42,162 nucleotides of DNA from Hydrurus foetidus (taxonomy: Eukaryota), in NCBI GenBank assembly GCA_900617105.1, contig UYFQ01000638.1, positions 1 to 42,162 of the forward strand, written 5' to 3'. A model generated the notes under the pieces. It was not told where the DNA came from, did not search any database, and saw only the letters and a program-made list of their open reading frames with translations. The position numbers were made by a program, and so were the translations under genes. Positions 38,755 to 42,162 of the stretch are shown piece by piece. Position 1 is the first letter of the stretch; each line of letters starts with the position of its first letter.

Positions 38755-39033
38755 TGTCGTAAAGCTGGCCGATTTACACGGAATTTTCTCCGAGTTCCCA
38801 AACGATCCCTGCACTTCCGACTGCTAGCAACGCTTGCTCAAAAGAGAAGACAACATTCTATTCGGTAAGTTGGATTAAACGACAGTGATGTGCTGTCTAT
38901 TACATATAGGTAGCATAACATGAGTGCGAGGGTTGCGGTCAATGTTATCGCTTAAAGTACGTGCACCCGAGCCTGAAAACAATCATGCATCACACAGGGT
39001 ACAAGATCCTAGTCTAATCCGGATATCCCAACA
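38755..39033 (-). repeat. 3' LTR of copia copy 2 (279 bp)
   Basis: TG...CAACA termini; colinear with 5256-5534. Confidence 0.92.
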
Positions 39034-39042
39034 CACCCCCAT
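39034..39042 (-). promoter_or_regulatory. Polypurine tract (ATGGGGGTG) preceding the 3' LTR
   Basis: The minus strand reads ATGGGGGTG immediately before LTR start TGTTGGG. Confidence 0.8.
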
Positions 39043-40128
39043 GATGTTCATTGTTTGAATAAGTGAATATGCCAATTAGCATATGCTTGTATAGTAAACA
39101 TAGTGGTTATTGGTCATTATATTTCACACATCATTCAGATAGGGAACTTAGTTTTAGGGTATAATAAACAGTAAATTTTCTTAAAAATATTTTTCACGGA
39201 ATTTTTTAATATTGACAAGTTGCATCGTGAAATAGTATAAGAATAAAACATGGGTGGCTGAATAAGTGGATGGGTATTACCGGAGAAAAACTATTTCTAA
39301 TGAGGTAAAAAATAAAAAAAACGTCTCCTCATGGACGGTCTCGAGTTCGATCCAACTAATGTTGGTGCCCTTAAATCCACTTTAACTCTAGCATCCGATG
39401 TCGCAGGAGCGATATATCGATATTTTCAATGGTCCTATCAATTAAATGTTGATTTAAAGCGAAATCAGATTTTTTTTTTATTTTCTATTTTAACTGGAAA
39501 AAACGTTATATTATGTGGATGAGTCAAAATCTATAAATGACTCCCCTGGATTTCTTTATGCATTGAGCACTTGATCTCGCAACTCTTGAAGTAGCTTCCC
39601 TTGCGGCGGCTTGGTCAGCAAATCTGCAATCATTTCTTTAGTACTCTTGTAGGTTACAATAATACGGTCGGATTTAATGCGGTCATGCAGGAAGAAAAAC
39701 TTGATGTCTATGTGTCTAGTTCTTTCGCTGTTAGTGCTACCATTCTTGGCTAACTGAATCGCGGATAAGTTATCGTAAATTACACCTGCACCTACTTTAT
39801 ACTCTTGAGGGATAAGGAAATTCCTAGTCCATAAAACTTGATGACCTGCCTCAGTCATAGCTACTAATTCTGCTTCTGTGCTAAATGTAGTATTTAGTTT
39901 CTGAGTGGAGCTCCTCCGATAGATTGCTCCCTTACCTTGTGTTATAATGAAACCAGTGTGGCTCTTCTTATCTGCATGAACAGCATATGACGCATACATA
40001 TAGGCTATAACGTTAATTGGAGTGTCTACCTCAAGGGTCAGCGGCATAGTTCTAGTTCCTCTGATGTACTGTTTAGTATGAACTAACTTTTTCCAGTCAT
40101 CAGTTCTGGGTTCTAGTACTCTTTAGAG

Positions 40129-41070
40129 CTGCGTGGGAGCTAGGGTTTGGACGAGCGACCCTATTGCCTACATAGGGCCCCCTTCTTAGGAAACCCTAGA
40201 TAGGGCCCTACATAGGGTGAACGTACACGTACTTACGTACGTACAGGTGTTCGTACTTACGTACGTGCACGCACAAGCTACTGAGGCTGTTATAGCTTTA
40301 TTCTTTACTTAATTTTTTCTCCAAAAAGAGTTTGTTTGCTACATCCTTTTATTTAGGTTCGCATGAAAAATTTAGTCAACCTACAACTTATTCTTCAAGC
40401 TGTTCCGCTGCACAACTCTAGAACCTGTGAAATCGTGACTGCATATGCGACATCTGTAGATATTGCTTCCGGATGCAGTCTTTCTCAAAATGAAGCAGTA
40501 CCTGTCGATGAGACCACTTGGCTGCACAATATTTGGATCAGCATCCCGAGGAGTTTCCTTGGAAAGAGGGTCAATGATGTTGCGGCTGACGTAATTGTTC
40601 ATTCTCACAAGCAAGAAGTTATTGACTCTCTTCACTAAGGGGGTGGGATACCACTCTGTATAGCTCTCAGCTGGAAGCTTCGGAGGCACAACCCTTCTCG
40701 CTAGACCACACTGTATGACTCCGTACCGCACGCACTATCAGACCCCTCCGACTCTCTCCTTGGTTCGAACCTGGAACTTTTTTGACATTAGTGTAGTCCA
40801 CTATAACACTCTCAACGAATTATCCCATGTTTGGGGGTTCGGACCCGCGAGTAGCGCCAGGTCGTTTCCGGTGAACAGACCGCTATACCAGTCACCCATT
40901 GGTTTCGTAATGAAGCCCAGAAATGTCAAATACAGACTAATGCTAAGGTCTACTTTCAAAATTAATAATTAGTATGGTGACCCTACGTCAACTCCTGACC
41001 CTAGATAGGGCCCTAGATAGGGGATTTTGGGTTTACCCTATCTCGGGCCCTATCCCTAGCTCCCACGCAG
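40129..41070. mobile_element. Non-autonomous hAT-like DNA transposon (942 bp)
   Basis: 17-bp perfect TIR CTGCGTGGGAGCTAGGG and 8-bp TSD CTTTAGAG (40121-40128 and 41071-41078). Subterminal CCCTA(G/C)ATAGGG palindromes occur at both ends. Confidence 0.88.
40381..40602 (-). pseudogene. Truncated transposase N-terminus with BED-finger-like motif
   Basis: DRYCFILRKTASGSNIYRCRICSHDFTGSR resembles the CxxC..F.G part of a BED finger; the His ligands are missing. Confidence 0.55.
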
Positions 41071-41074
41071 CTTT

Positions 41075-41334
41075 AGAGTGTTTGCGCATCTGAAATTACT
41101 GAGACTCTGCGGACCCTGGATCTTTCTGATTCCCCGAGATTTTCCGTGTTTTGCAGATTTCTTTTTAGAATACCGTGATTCTCTCGCAAATTTGCGAAAT
41201 CAAATTGTTGAGATCCCGTGAATCTCTGCAGGGGATTTGCGAGATTCTCGTAAATTTCGAGATTGTGGGGGTCAGACCGGGAAAAAGGGGGTCAGAATCT
41301 CTGTAATTTCTAATTTCCAATGCGCAAACACTCT
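41075..41334. mobile_element. MITE (260 bp), TIR family shared with 5978-6161
   Basis: AGAGTGTTTGCGCAT...ATGCGCAAACACTCT. Inserted in copia RT; comparison with copy 1 (ACTCTTTTAGTT) implies a 3-bp TTT duplication. Confidence 0.85.
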
Positions 41335-41870
41335 TTTTAGTTAAATATGCTATACATGTCAGAATGCCAGGTCTGGTTCCCTTAGTTAAATATAACAACT
41401 CAGCTGTTAGTGAGTGGAATCTCTCACGTTCTTTATCGTTCAATTAAGGACTGTTATTATCGATCTTAAATAGATTATCGTCAGCAGGTGTTTTTGACAC
41501 CCCCACAATTTCTATGCAATCGTCTAACAAGTCTTTAATAAAACCTTCCATGGATATAATAACTCTCCCTAACTGCTCAAAGTCAAATGTCATTCCTATA
41601 TGATTCAGTACTTTATCTCCACTCTTAGTTAAGCCTGGGTATAAACTTTCTATTTCTGAGATTATGTCATCTATATGCTTTTCATCCATACTGCTGATCA
41701 TCATATCGTCAACATGAATAACTAATGTAGTCTGAGTGGAGTCTAGCTCTGTTCTGTTCTATTGAATACACATATATCTGATGGATTTACCTTATAGCCT
41801 AGCATTCTTAAATCTGATTAAATTTTATCATAGAATAACTTAGCTGACTCTACGCATCAATATAATGCTT

Positions 41871-42161
<291 letters not shown>

Positions 42162-42162
42162 T

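Noticed and set aside
38754..38760. CTGTCGT at the end of LTR 2 as a retained copy of the self-primer/PBS
   Set aside because: TGTCGTAAAGCTGG aligns without gaps to the LTR 1 terminus TGTTGGAAATCTGG, so it is just the diverged LTR end.
5256..39033. Two direct-repeat LTRs bracketing five host genes as a gene-capturing composite element
   Set aside because: Each LTR belongs to its own element: the PBS/gag and PPT/pol sides face outward from the host genes. The LTRs are about 9% diverged and the enclosed genes retain their introns.

Overview
Eukaryotic, intron-containing genomic DNA; gene style and the CoDi-like copia element suggest a stramenopile/ochrophyte (inference). A core of five host genes lies between two related Ty1/copia LTR retrotransposons, both on the minus strand. 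The genes are a ~19.5 kb HUWE1/UPL1/Tom1-type HECT E3 ligase, an STK16-like kinase, quinolinate phosphoribosyltransferase, exosome subunit RRP42 and a P3A H+-ATPase. Copy 1 (1-5534) has gag-PR-IN-RT-RH and its 5' LTR. Copy 2 (38755-~41872) has the 3' LTR, PPT and a decayed RT/RH carrying a nested MITE and an internally deleted hAT element, and ends in a (CT)n tract. The most notable signal is that the copia element has no tRNA-type PBS. The 11 nt directly after the 5' LTR are exactly complementary to an 11-nt motif inside the LTR, and that motif is conserved in the second LTR. This is the architecture of Tf1-type self-primed reverse transcription, here in a copia element.
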